Positions 9,469 through 18,530 of a stretch of DNA of 64,000 nt are shown here, in pieces (position 1 is the stretch's first letter; every line of letters starts with the position of its first letter). Location: positions 16,041 to 80,040 of the IMG/VR virus record IMGVR_UViG_2843860951_000002; one strand, 5' to 3'. Below the pieces are notes generated by a model. It was given only the letters and a program-made list of their open reading frames with translations, had not been told where the DNA came from and made no database searches. The DNA comes from a virus. The translations under genes and the position numbers were made by a program.

Positions 9469-10953
9469 TTAGCCCCCAGAAGCCACAGTGACAGTCACAC
9501 CCTGACCGCCCTGCAAGTTGACGATGAAGTAGCGCAGGATGCCCATGTATTTGACCTTCACATCGGCCTGCACATAACCAAGGGCTGTACGACTATCCGG
9601 GTTGTTGCTGGTGTCGCACACGACCGAATACGGAGTGCTACCGTCCGTGCTGCCAAGAACACCTTCCGTCAGCATATTGGCTAGGAAACCCAGCAGCGTA
9701 GCTTCAATGTTGGTGAACAGATCGGCATTAATCGTCTGGCCGATATAGGAACCCATCCCTGTGGCAAATGTCTCTGCCAGATAGTTCGTCAGGCGTGTGT
9801 AATTATCGCCATTTACTGCTGCGGATGTGGAGCAATTGATGCCACCACGCACAGCCCAATAGTTCCCGCCTGGTGCTGGATAACAGATCACATCAATCCC
9901 GGCTTCAAACAAGGCTGACAACTCTGCATCAGAATACGAAAGCAGCGTGCCAGAACTTGTCAAACCTGCCTTCTGGCTACCGATGATCCCGTAAAGCTGC
10001 TTGTTCAGCGTTGACTGTTCGGGAGAAAGAGCTGCCAGCAGCCCTGCTGCAAATGCAGCGGGAGATACCAGCATATTGCCGTTGGTATCATCATCCCACC
10101 AGATCCAGTCACCATGCATCACCTTCATGGCGTAACTGTCGGCACCCGCTCCGGAAAGCGCAGAAGTGGCGGCAGAAACACTCGTGCCAGATGGTAAGGC
10201 TGCAATCATATACAGCCCCTCACCCAGCCCGAAATCAATCTGGGCAGAGAACGAGGTTGTATCGGACAACCCGCACAGCAACCCAATGGCGCAACCCTGA
10301 TTACGCAGCGCATACATGCCCGTGCGGGATGTGCCGTCTGTGCCGATGAAGGCTGTTTCTGCAGGAGTGCCGCCGTCTGCACCGCCCGCCAGCGTGACAT
10401 TGCCAGCAGCAAGGGTCGTGCCGCCTGTAACGACAACCAGAGCCGATGCATCGGCATTGACCGCAGCAACAATATCGGCCCATGTCGTGCCCTGATACGT
10501 GCCCGTTCCCAACACGCTATGCGTCACAGTCAATGTCCACATAGCCGCGTTAAGCGTGCCCTGAGACAGCGTGGCAGTAATCGCGTTCCCTGCTGTGCCG
10601 GTATAGACTGCCGTGATCGTAGCGCCTGAAATCGTGCCGGTGGCAGCCTTATCTGTCCCATCGGTCACACGCACACAACGGAAGTCAGAAGCACCCTGAT
10701 ACACGCAGATATTGACGTTTACGCCCATATCTGTCGCCAGCGCCTGCTTAGCACCAAACACGAGCAGATAATCAGGCATGCCGCCAACCACGACTGGCGT
10801 ATTAACCGGCCCCCATGAGGATGTGCCAACAACACCAATGCGGCTGGATGAAACGCCATTCAGAAGCGTTACAGGCGCTTGGATCTGCACATACACATTC
10901 GGAACGGTAAGGGACGTGGTATTCAGCGCTCCCTGTTGGTAAATTTTCGCCAT
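9469..10953 (-). CDS. Contractile tail sheath protein
   Basis: ~494 aa; PNVYVQI, GVVGT.SWGPVNTPV, LAGGADG, RLTNYLA, ADVKVKYMGILRYFIVNLQGG. Confidence 0.88.
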   Translation of the reverse strand: MAKIYQQGALNTTSLTVPNVYVQIQAPVTLLNGVSSSRIGVVGTSSWGPVNTPVVVGGMPDYLLVFGAKQALATDMGVNVNICVYQGASDFRCVRVTDGTDKAATGTISGATITAVYTGTAGNAITATLSQGTLNAAMWTLTVTHSVLGTGTYQGTTWADIVAAVNADASALVVVTGGTTLAAGNVTLAGGADGGTPAETAFIGTDGTSRTGMYALRNQGCAIGLLCGLSDTTSFSAQIDFGLGEGLYMIAALPSGTSVSAATSALSGAGADSYAMKVMHGDWIWWDDDTNGNMLVSPAAFAAGLLAALSPEQSTLNKQLYGIIGSQKAGLTSSGTLLSYSDAELSALFEAGIDVICYPAPGGNYWAVRGGINCSTSAAVNGDNYTRLTNYLAETFATGMGSYIGQTINADLFTNIEATLLGFLANMLTEGVLGSTDGSTPYSVVCDTSNNPDSRTALGYVQADVKVKYMGILRYFIVNLQGGQGVTVTVASGG

Positions 10954-11159
10954 CACACGCCTCCAACGGGCACAGCAAAGCGCCGAATGTCTGCGCCGTG
11001 CTTCTTGATTTCATCGGGGTCTGAAATGGTCGCACCTACCGCATAGCCATATCCGGGCTGCGTCACGCGATAGAGCACGCTTCCCTGTGCCTGTGCGGTA
11101 AGCGCAACGGCAGCTTTCGCACTCGCCTGAGCGGGTGCGCTTCCCTGTGTATCCGTCAT
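10953..11159 (-). CDS. Small hypothetical phage protein
   Basis: Coupled to the sheath gene start. Confidence 0.6.
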   Translation of the reverse strand: MTDTQGSAPAQASAKAAVALTAQAQGSVLYRVTQPGYGYAVGATISDPDEIKKHGADIRRFAVPVGGV

Positions 11160-11173
11160 ATTGTCTCGCTGAT

Positions 11174-12220
11174 TTAAGCCGGTTGTCCGGCAAGATTGGT
11201 GGCCGCGTCCTGTAGGACAACATCGCCAGCCTGATTAAGCATGAGGCCCGCGTAGGGCTGCTCAACCGCAAACACGAGGTTCCCGGCGGCATCTTTGTAG
11301 AACGTTGCCATATCGTCAGTGCTGATTGCTCCGACATTACCTGGCACATCGCCAAACGTATGAAGCGCCACGCCAACATGGGTGATTGTATGGGCAAGCC
11401 CAACACCAAACATCATCTGCGCTGCTGTCTGGGTATTGAGTGTGTCGAACGTGATCTTAAAACGGAAGTCACGCCGATAAACGCCGCTGGTCTGCATGGC
11501 GTCTACATCGCTAGCCCCGGCAAACAGCATCAGGGCATTTTGCCCATCCAGTGTGGGTAACCATGACTGCGCAGAAAGCGCCGCGTCCAATGCGCTCCCT
11601 AAATTATCACGCGCATTCCCGCCATTTGTGAAAATGGAGACAGTGAAAAGCTGCTCCTGCCTGCGTGTTACGCGCGTGATCTGTCCATATCCTGCGGTAG
11701 CCGCTTCCACCAGAGCCGCATTCGGCACAATCACCGTGGCTCCGCTGGTGTAGGCTCCATCAATCAGGCCTGCCAGCGATTGCGCGATAAGCTCCGGGGT
11801 ATCATCTGATTGCACCGCATATGCCACGCTTGTTTTGTCGGGTATCAGGCCGCTTCGATCTGGAATGACGCGCAACCCTACAACGCCACTGGGCGTAGCC
11901 CCGTCTGCAATACTGACAGTGGCCTGATTGCCAGAGGCTGTGAGCGTAACGGTGCAAGGGCTGATTGCACCTTCGCGCCATGGCCAGCCAAGAGGCTCGG
12001 CAATCTGGCGGTAAGCCGTTGAATAAGCCGTCACCCCCACATAGTCGATGCCATTCTTGATACTGCATGCGCCTGTGTAATCAGCATTGTTCAGCCATCC
12101 ACGCCGCACAATCGTACGCCTGCCAGTCAACGGCGAAACACCGGCACCAATACCGTTGGGATACAGTATCTGCGCTATGGTGTAGGCCAGAGCCTTAGAA
12201 ATGGTGCCAACATCAGCCAT
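11174..12220 (-). CDS. Putative neck/tail terminator protein
   Basis: 348 aa between head-tail genes and sheath; function from synteny only. Confidence 0.55.
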   Translation of the reverse strand: MADVGTISKALAYTIAQILYPNGIGAGVSPLTGRRTIVRRGWLNNADYTGACSIKNGIDYVGVTAYSTAYRQIAEPLGWPWREGAISPCTVTLTASGNQATVSIADGATPSGVVGLRVIPDRSGLIPDKTSVAYAVQSDDTPELIAQSLAGLIDGAYTSGATVIVPNAALVEAATAGYGQITRVTRRQEQLFTVSIFTNGGNARDNLGSALDAALSAQSWLPTLDGQNALMLFAGASDVDAMQTSGVYRRDFRFKITFDTLNTQTAAQMMFGVGLAHTITHVGVALHTFGDVPGNVGAISTDDMATFYKDAAGNLVFAVEQPYAGLMLNQAGDVVLQDAATNLAGQPA

Positions 12221-12906
12221 TAAATCTGGTTCACCGAAATCATGAGCCGGTTGCCATATTGCGAAGGCTCCACAGCATCAACCGTATATTCCGTGCCCAT
12301 ATCATCAGTAACCGTCATGTAAGGACGCGGCGTGAAACCGGGGACAACAGGTGCGAGCATCTCAAACTGGCCGGAACGCAAATTACCAGGTAGCCCGCTG
12401 GAAACACGCTCACCCTTATTTTTCAGGATAATGCTTACTGGCCAACCCGATGCCTCAACAGATCCGGAACCGTCAGTAGATTGACCGTTATATCCATCCT
12501 GATAACCGGCAAGATTACAGGCATCGCCAGAACTACCGCCAGTCGCGCCTGATCCGCTCTGGTCCGTAGCTGCAAAACTGACAGTGCGGTTTGTCAGAAC
12601 GCACACAGCCGGACAAAATGGCTCAAACCGTGCCACGAAATACGTGCCCATAGGTGCAACAAGAATATCACCTGCCTGCACATCAGTCGTATCAAACAAC
12701 CCGAAAACCGTAGGCTTATCCCACAGCGGCGGCTTCCTGAATGAGAACGCTGCATCAGAGGCAAAATCAGCAAACAGCGTTGTATGTGCCTCACCCATGG
12801 GATCAGTCAGGCTTGTAGGCCGATATTGCGTGGTTAACGCACCAACACGCTGTGCTGCTTTGCCATATCCCTTGGCAACTTTGGCCTGTAGACGTGCCTG
12901 ATCCAT
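12220..12906 (-). CDS. Putative head-closure/head-tail joining protein
   Basis: 228 aa, TAATG coupling; function from synteny. Confidence 0.55.
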   Translation of the reverse strand: MDQARLQAKVAKGYGKAAQRVGALTTQYRPTSLTDPMGEAHTTLFADFASDAAFSFRKPPLWDKPTVFGLFDTTDVQAGDILVAPMGTYFVARFEPFCPAVCVLTNRTVSFAATDQSGSGATGGSSGDACNLAGYQDGYNGQSTDGSGSVEASGWPVSIILKNKGERVSSGLPGNLRSGQFEMLAPVVPGFTPRPYMTVTDDMGTEYTVDAVEPSQYGNRLMISVNQI

Positions 12907-13097
12907 TACTTGCGTTTCGTACGCTGCTGGTTCAGCGCTACAACATCACGATCAATAGAACGCGCCTGCGGTGTTTTCTTGAATTCCCGCATCGTCATTC
13001 CCGTCAGGTTGGACATGAACCGGTCTTCTTTCCTATCCTGCATTGAGCGCAGATACGCATTCATACTGGTCGGACGTTTTGGGGCTTTTGCCATCAC
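12906..13097 (-). CDS. Small basic protein
   Basis: 63 aa, K/R-rich, coupled at both ends. Confidence 0.55.
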   Translation of the reverse strand: MMAKAPKRPTSMNAYLRSMQDRKEDRFMSNLTGMTMREFKKTPQARSIDRDVVALNQQRTKRK

Positions 13098-13303
13098 TTC
13101 TTCTTCCGAATAACCTTGTTGGCTGCCGCTTTGATCTTGGCTGCAGTGGAGGCCGAAAGGTTGCCCTTTTTCACTTCCTGCGTAGCTCTTGCTTTGGCGT
13201 TGGCCGCACGCGCTTTCGTATCAATCGGATAACGCCGAGAACCGGGCAAAGCGAATGCACTTTTAGGCAGCCGGTTGCGGCGTGCTGTTGTCAGCTTGGC
13301 CAT
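13094..13303 (-). CDS. Small, highly basic putative DNA-binding protein
   Basis: MAKLTTARRNRLPKSAFALPGSRRYPIDTKARAANAKARA; GGAGG RBS before 13303. Confidence 0.7.
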   Translation of the reverse strand: MAKLTTARRNRLPKSAFALPGSRRYPIDTKARAANAKARATQEVKKGNLSASTAAKIKAAANKVIRKKK

Positions 13304-13652
13304 TACCTGCCTCCTGCTTTGCGTGCTCAGCTTCCTGCCGTTCTTCATCCTCGGACGGATGAACATTCGCCGCTGCTAGAGCGACAGACAGCACACCCGA
13401 TGGAGGCGCAGGAACGCCACAAGGAGCGCAGTATGCCGCCTCACCCTCCATCAACTCAGGCCGCCCGTTCCGTGGAGCCACATTCCCATGATGGTCCGCA
13501 ATGAATCCAATTTCACAGGGCACGCCAGCCACGCGAATGGCACGGCCTTCGCTCCAAGGCGCAGGCTGCCCCGCTTCAACAGAGCGGATGTCCACCACAA
13601 CGCCATTTTCTACCCGTGCCCATCTCTGGGGCGGAACTTTGTTGATTGTCAT
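13263..13652 (-). CDS. Hypothetical virion-region protein
   Basis: 129 aa ORF in the late operon. Confidence 0.55.
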   Translation of the reverse strand: MTINKVPPQRWARVENGVVVDIRSVEAGQPAPWSEGRAIRVAGVPCEIGFIADHHGNVAPRNGRPELMEGEAAYCAPCGVPAPPSGVLSVALAAANVHPSEDEERQEAEHAKQEAGNGQADNSTPQPAA

Positions 13653-13658
13653 ATTCCC

Positions 13659-14048
13659 TCAGATCACCACGCGATTTGCAGAACGCAGGCCGGGGCCCGG
13701 CGGCACACCAAGAAACTGGCACAATTGCCGCCGCCACCGATTAAACAGGCCCATCCTGTCCTGCACTTCGTTCTTGTTGTGCGTCCACACAGCAGCCTGA
13801 TCCGTATCCAGATTGTCGCTGGCAGTCAGAATGGCCGTTTCCAAACTGGCAATGTCTTTCACATATTGTCGCACTTGTGCGACTTCGGCATCAGCAAGGT
13901 TACGCAGACGCCATTCATTGAAGCCATATACCCGAAAGAAGCGCCAAGACTGCTGGCTGCTGTTAATGCCGCCCATTGCGGGATAGCCCATGAAGCGGCG
14001 TACCGTTACAAGTTCATCATCCGTCAAAGGGTCGGTTGCATCTGCCAT
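13659..14048 (-). CDS. Putative head-tail adaptor
   Basis: 129 aa helical protein two genes after the capsid gene (VRRFMGYP; W..N..E...R..LF..WRR.LC.FLGVPPGPGL). Confidence 0.6.
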   Translation of the reverse strand: MADATDPLTDDELVTVRRFMGYPAMGGINSSQQSWRFFRVYGFNEWRLRNLADAEVAQVRQYVKDIASLETAILTASDNLDTDQAAVWTHNKNEVQDRMGLFNRWRRQLCQFLGVPPGPGLRSANRVVI

Positions 14049-14269
14049 TATGCTGTCTCCAGCGGCGCTCCACGAGAACGCAGCAGTTCTATTTCTGCAG
14101 GGTTAGTCACAACCTCCCCTGCGCTCCATTCGAACCGGCCACGATTGAATTCTTCCTCAATGAAGCCAAAAGGCCGCAGAAGCCGCACTGCCTGCACAGG
14201 AGCGGGTTTTTTCTCGTCCTGCGCAGGAGGAACGGCTGGTTTAGCCGCCCCGCGCCGCGCTTGGCTCAT
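14048..14269 (-). CDS. Small hypothetical protein after the capsid gene
   Basis: 73 aa, coupled to the capsid stop codon. Confidence 0.6.
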   Translation of the reverse strand: MSQARRGAAKPAVPPAQDEKKPAPVQAVRLLRPFGFIEEEFNRGRFEWSAGEVVTNPAEIELLRSRGAPLETA

Positions 14270-15348
14270 CAGGCTGTAGCGCCCAGAGATGTTGCGCCAA
14301 GGCTTTCAATCACCACGCCACGCTTAAGGTAGCTGTTGGTCGCCGTGGGAATGATCGTTGTATTGGCCGTCAGGTCAGTTGGCAGAGCAAAGCCACCAAT
14401 CCAAGACCAAGACTGCGCAATGATCTGCCCCAGACGATCCAGCGGCGGACGGGTAACCATCAGCACATCATCAATATGCTCCACCTCACCCGGAAGATCG
14501 GCATATGCCTGCGCCATGTTGGCATAGTCGCCCTCGATCAGCGCACCCGCACCACAGATGATGGCACGATGAATCTGGCCCTGCCCCAGAGACGCCTGCT
14601 GCGGGGCTTCCGTGGTCGGGATAAACCGGATGCCCAGCAGTTCGAACACCTGACCTGTCCGGTATTCATCAGACCCATACTGACCGCGATACAGCAGCTT
14701 GAAATCAGGATCGCGGAATAGGCCGAGAAGCTGGGAGTTGTCGAGAAAGCAGTTGAAGCAACCACCAATCGTCGGAACGTTGTTGTTGCGCAACGCAGCA
14801 ACTGCCCCCAGCATGGTGTCGATGGTCAGGTAATCACCTGTCACCACATTGCCATTGGCGTCTTTGGAGCCCGATGCCAGAAGTCCTGCTGTTGTGGCAC
14901 GACCATTCGGGCGCAGAACCAGAGGTGCAGTTGCGGCAACCACCGCGGCATTCAATGCCGCATCAGTTGTCGCAACATTCTCAGAGAACGTCAGCGTGCC
15001 AGAAATACCGCCCGGTGCATTGCTGACGTTTGTCGCATCCGCAGCAACATTAACCAGCGTATAAGAGCCGGAACCAACGGTAACAGTCATGCCACTGGTT
15101 GCAGAAACCGGGATAACCTGCCCCATGCTATTCATGACGCGCTGGAAACCACGGATATCATCAACCTGAACGGTTGTGCCTGCGGCTGCCAGTGCTGTGG
15201 TTACGCGGGTGTTCCCGCCCAGATACCCACCAACACCACCAATAGCGCCACCGAACAAGGAATTACGCGCCAAACGGTCAAGAGACTGACGGGCGTTAAT
15301 ACCCAGAACCTGTGCATTTTCGACAAACTGGTTCGCAATTCCGACACC
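14269..15348 (-). pseudogene. Major capsid protein, 3' part (codons 106-464 of the restored gene)
   Basis: GVGIANQF..NA..LG..ARQSLD.LARN.LF..GGNTRV continues in frame from ..DLNQVTE (28885-29199) once the insert is removed. Confidence 0.88.
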
Positions 15349-15356
15349 TTCCGTGA
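15344..15356. repeat. Satellite att site, integrase side
   Basis: ACACCTTCCGTGA vs ACACATTCCGTGA at 28880-28892; identical core TTCCGTGA at 15349-15356. Confidence 0.88.
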
Positions 15357-15375
15357 GGGTGTTGTATCCTATATA

Positions 15376-15388
15376 AATCAATAACTTA
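15376..15388 (+). promoter_or_regulatory. IHF-consensus site in the left att arm
   Basis: AATCAATAACTTA matches WATCAANNNNTTR exactly; inverted copy at 28842-28854. Confidence 0.75.
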
Positions 15389-15415
15389 TGTATAAATGTC
15401 GCGGATTTGTTGCAC

Positions 15416-16621
15416 TCAGTCAGTCTCCGGCAGCATCAATGATGCAATCTTTTGTATTTCCGCTTGTTGCTTGTGCTCCGTAAGTAGTGGGTGAGCATAA
15501 CGCTGAAGGGTCATATCAAAAGATGCATGCCCTAGTAATTTAGCTACATCTGTAACTGGCATTCCTCCACCAACCATAGCACTGGCAGCAAAATGCCTTA
15601 GGGCATGGAAATGATAACTAGGTCCTTTTTTCTCGGTCTCTAATCCAGCCCTGATTAAAAGATTACGCCATACTTCATGCATGTCAGCACGTGTGATCCC
15701 TTTGCTTCCTGTTTTGTCATGCATTTTGGAACGTTGCGTCTTGCAGAACAGCAAATTTCGATTATCTGGGATTAGGTGATGATCTAACCAATCAGTAAAT
15801 AACGCGCGTACATGTTGTGGCATTGGCACATCTCTAAATCCGGCGCGAGTTTTGGGGCCCTTTAGTTCATTCAGCGAAGTAAGAGAGTTTCTGATGCGTA
15901 AAATTCCATTCTGTAAATCAACATTTTGAACAGTAATCCCTGATATCTCACCAAATCTGAGTCCACAAAACACAGCGGAATGCACAAAAATCCGTAATTT
16001 CAGCCATGAACGAATAGACACATTTGGCTGCCGTATATCTACTGTCTTTATAAGCTGTTGTATTTGTTCAATAGAAAAAGTCGCGATCTTGTCAGATTCA
16101 CCGCCACGCCAATCTTTCAGCACTGCATCGAAGGGCTGCCCTTTGGCATAACCTCGTTTGATACCGAACTCGCAAACTTGCCTAGCCGTATTTAAGACTT
16201 CGCGTATCGTAACTTTTTTATATCCAGCTTTTGCCATTTTTCTTGCAATGGCATCACCTTCGTTAAAACCTAGATCTTTTTGCAAAATATCGCCGACTAC
16301 GGGGAGTATATGATTACGAATATACCCCTCACGTCCACGTCTATACAGTTCGCCAACACCGTGCCCTGCCTGTGAGCGAAGAATTGCATCGTCTATGAAT
16401 TCTTGAGCAACTCGCTCCATAGTGGCACTTTTCTTATCTGAAACATGCCGCCCCTCTAAAACATCGACCACAATAGACGATCGAAAGAGATCAGCTTCCT
16501 TCTTGAGTTTGAACGATTTTTGCGTTCTATTCCCCATCTCATCGGTATAATCCACTACCCATGCACTACGATTTTTTCCGCCCGTAACCCAATTACGCTT
16601 TCTAACTGATGCTCGTGCCAC
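15416..16621 (-). CDS. int: Tyrosine integrase of the satellite
   Basis: N-terminal arm-binding region; catalytic set GLRFGE, PKT, HALRH, LLGH, QRY present. Confidence 0.95.
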   Translation of the reverse strand: MARASVRKRNWVTGGKNRSAWVVDYTDEMGNRTQKSFKLKKEADLFRSSIVVDVLEGRHVSDKKSATMERVAQEFIDDAILRSQAGHGVGELYRRGREGYIRNHILPVVGDILQKDLGFNEGDAIARKMAKAGYKKVTIREVLNTARQVCEFGIKRGYAKGQPFDAVLKDWRGGESDKIATFSIEQIQQLIKTVDIRQPNVSIRSWLKLRIFVHSAVFCGLRFGEISGITVQNVDLQNGILRIRNSLTSLNELKGPKTRAGFRDVPMPQHVRALFTDWLDHHLIPDNRNLLFCKTQRSKMHDKTGSKGITRADMHEVWRNLLIRAGLETEKKGPSYHFHALRHFAASAMVGGGMPVTDVAKLLGHASFDMTLQRYAHPLLTEHKQQAEIQKIASLMLPETD

Positions 16622-16626
16622 AACTT

Positions 16627-16920
16627 TTATCCTATCCTATTCATTGAATGCTGCCCCTGAGGAACTGCGTTAGACAGTTCCTCATCTATCGACGCACATC
16701 GGCGTTCCATTTCACCGGATAGCCATTCCAGAGCCATGCCCACAGCACTCATGTTGGGGCCGCTTTCTTCCGAACCAGTAAGCATGCCATTGCTCATGGC
16801 CTGAAGGCATATCCCGATGCAGGACAATTCGCTGGTTGCGTCCTGAATGACGCTCAGTCGGTCGGGTGTTGCCACGGGGCTTTTGCGCCGTTGTGGTGCA
16901 GAAGTGTGTTTCTGGCTCAT
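16627..16920 (-). CDS. Small helical-hairpin protein (paralog 4)
   Basis: ALEWLSGEMERRCASI motif; coupled ORF chain upstream of int. Confidence 0.6.
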   Translation of the reverse strand: MSQKHTSAPQRRKSPVATPDRLSVIQDATSELSCIGICLQAMSNGMLTGSEESGPNMSAVGMALEWLSGEMERRCASIDEELSNAVPQGQHSMNRIG

Positions 16921-17177
16921 GCCTTTACCCCTGTAAGTGCCAGAACATCCCTCGCCAGACTGGCTTCCATACTTCTGTCATCTTCGGACACAAGAAGAAC
17001 CAGACGGGCCTTACATTGCATATCCTTGATGTTCCGGGCTTTGGTGTTCGCAACAGCGCGACAGGCCTTCACGAAGCGACGGCTTTCCGTTTCTCCTTCC
17101 TTGAAATTATGAGCTTTCCAGCTACGGCGATCAGAATTGATGGCGGCGACCGTGGCGGCTTGTATTGGAGTGGTCAT
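16917..17177 (-). CDS. Small hypothetical protein
   Basis: Start MTTPIQ, overlapping neighbours at both ends. Confidence 0.6.
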   Translation of the reverse strand: MTTPIQAATVAAINSDRRSWKAHNFKEGETESRRFVKACRAVANTKARNIKDMQCKARLVLLVSEDDRSMEASLARDVLALTGVKA

Positions 17178-17440
17178 GCCACTTCCTCCGGCAACATCCA
17201 GCCTGGCGCATCTTTCACGCCTGTATGCGCTGCCAGCAGATCCAGATGATCCTGCAACCGGTGGCTCAACCAATGGAGCGCTTCGGGTTCGGTGATGTCG
17301 CATTCATCACAGCTCCATCCGGCTGTCACTTCCACTATAATGGCGGCCATCATCCGTGCGTCACGCAAAATGCAGCTTTGGATACGCATGTTTTTGAAGG
17401 TTTCCTGTTCGAAACCTGTGAGAGACATCTGGTTGCTCAT
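17174..17440 (-). CDS. Small helical-hairpin protein (paralog 3)
   Basis: ALHWLSHRLQDHLDLL motif. Confidence 0.6.
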   Translation of the reverse strand: MSNQMSLTGFEQETFKNMRIQSCILRDARMMAAIIVEVTAGWSCDECDITEPEALHWLSHRLQDHLDLLAAHTGVKDAPGWMLPEEVA

Positions 17441-17676
17441 TTCTGCGGCCTCCACGTCTCGCCGCCAGTAACTTCCTGCAGACGACTTAGCGTTGAGCAG
17501 AGTTCATCTGCCAGCCAGTGCCGGACTTCGGGAAAGACCACTTCATTTTCTGGATGGCTCAAGTCATGGATAGCGCGTGCAATTTGCTCGGCCTTATGAA
17601 GCAAAAGGTGCGGTTTCTTATAGTTGGCAAGATGATCGCGTTCGGCCTCTGTCATGGCTGTAGGTGTGTTGCTCAT
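17437..17676 (-). CDS. Small helical-hairpin protein (paralog 2)
   Basis: VRHWLADELCSTLSRL motif. Confidence 0.6.
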   Translation of the reverse strand: MSNTPTAMTEAERDHLANYKKPHLLLHKAEQIARAIHDLSHPENEVVFPEVRHWLADELCSTLSRLQEVTGGETWRPQK

Positions 17677-17882
17677 TATCGGGCACCTCGCGCCTTAAGG
17701 TCTTCCAGAATGGCGCCATCAAGTTCGTGGTGCAGACGCTCCACCCATTTGTGCAGCCATTCTAATGGCGGACGCTCTCCGCAAGCTTGTAAGCCATCCA
17801 ACACGTCAGACAGGCCCGCCAGCTCACACATGACGCTATGAGCTTTATGATTGAGAGAATTATCCGTTGGCATCTTGCTCAT
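17676..17882 (-). CDS. Small helical-hairpin protein (paralog 1)
   Basis: PLEWLHKWVERLHHEL motif. Confidence 0.6.
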   Translation of the reverse strand: MSKMPTDNSLNHKAHSVMCELAGLSDVLDGLQACGERPPLEWLHKWVERLHHELDGAILEDLKARGAR

Positions 17883-18058
17883 CGTACAGCCTCCAGCTTC
17901 TGGGCTGCGTGGCCAGTTACGACAGGATCAGGCATTGCTGCCCATATCAGGGCTAGCACAGCAAGAACTGGGAAAATCAAAGGTGGTAAATTTCCCCACA
18001 CAGGGGAAAAAATGAATGTACAGGCGCGAACCCGTACGCTATGGGCGTGTTTAGCCAT
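17879..18058 (-). CDS. 59-aa single-TM protein, missing from the ORF track
   Basis: MAKHAHSVRVRACTFIFSPVWGNLPPLIFPVLAVLALIWAAMPDPVVTGHAAQKLEAVR; GAGG RBS; ATGA overlap with 17882. Confidence 0.55.
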   Translation of the reverse strand: MAKHAHSVRVRACTFIFSPVWGNLPPLIFPVLAVLALIWAAMPDPVVTGHAAQKLEAVR

Positions 18059-18140
18059 TAGCTTGTGTCCTCAAGTTTGTGGTCAGGTCTGCTCTGGAAA
18101 TCTCACCTTCCAAAGCAGACCGTTTGGCTTTCCAACCAAA

Positions 18141-18159
18141 GTCAGTTATAAAGACTGAC
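18141..18159. promoter_or_regulatory. Candidate operator of the satellite XRE regulator
   Basis: GTCAGT-N7-ACTGAC inverted repeat in the divergent promoter region. Confidence 0.5.
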
Positions 18160-18186
18160 ATTGTATAAAGTCAAGTGTGAGAACTA

Positions 18187-18426
18187 ATGTCAGACATAAC
18201 ATCTGAGCAATGCCTCGGAGCCCGAGCAATGCTGCGTATGACACGCAATGAATTGGCAGAGGCATCAGAAGTAGCCGTTGCTACATTATCTGACTTTGAA
18301 TCTGGAAAGCGATCACCTCACCCCCGCACCCTTGGCGCCATTCGCTCCGCCTTAGAAGCCGCGGGTATTGAATTCATTACTAAAAATGACAAGGGAGTTG
18401 GATTACTATTGAAGTATAAAAAATAA
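18187..18426 (+). CDS. XRE-family HTH regulator (satellite repressor candidate)
   Basis: Q..GARAML.MTR.ELAEASEVAVATLSDFESGKRSP; divergent from the int-linked operon. Confidence 0.9.
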   Translation: MSDITSEQCLGARAMLRMTRNELAEASEVAVATLSDFESGKRSPHPRTLGAIRSALEAAGIEFITKNDKGVGLLLKYKK

Positions 18427-18530
18427 TACTTGTTTTTAATAAGATATATTCAGAATTTATCTATGGTTATAATTTTAAAACCGTTTTTAATCTCAATTGA
18501 TATAGACACAAAAATTTAGGATGCACTTTT

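Noticed and set aside
13488-14279. Long antisense ORFs (for example 334-879, 13488-14279, 29172-29942, 31002-31541, 46911-47453)
   Set aside because: They shadow well-supported genes on the other strand and have no recognisable motifs.
14269-15381. 370-aa ORF as a complete capsid gene and 28864-29199 as a separate small gene
   Set aside because: The first 11 and last 6 codons respectively come from element sequence; the two parts join in frame.
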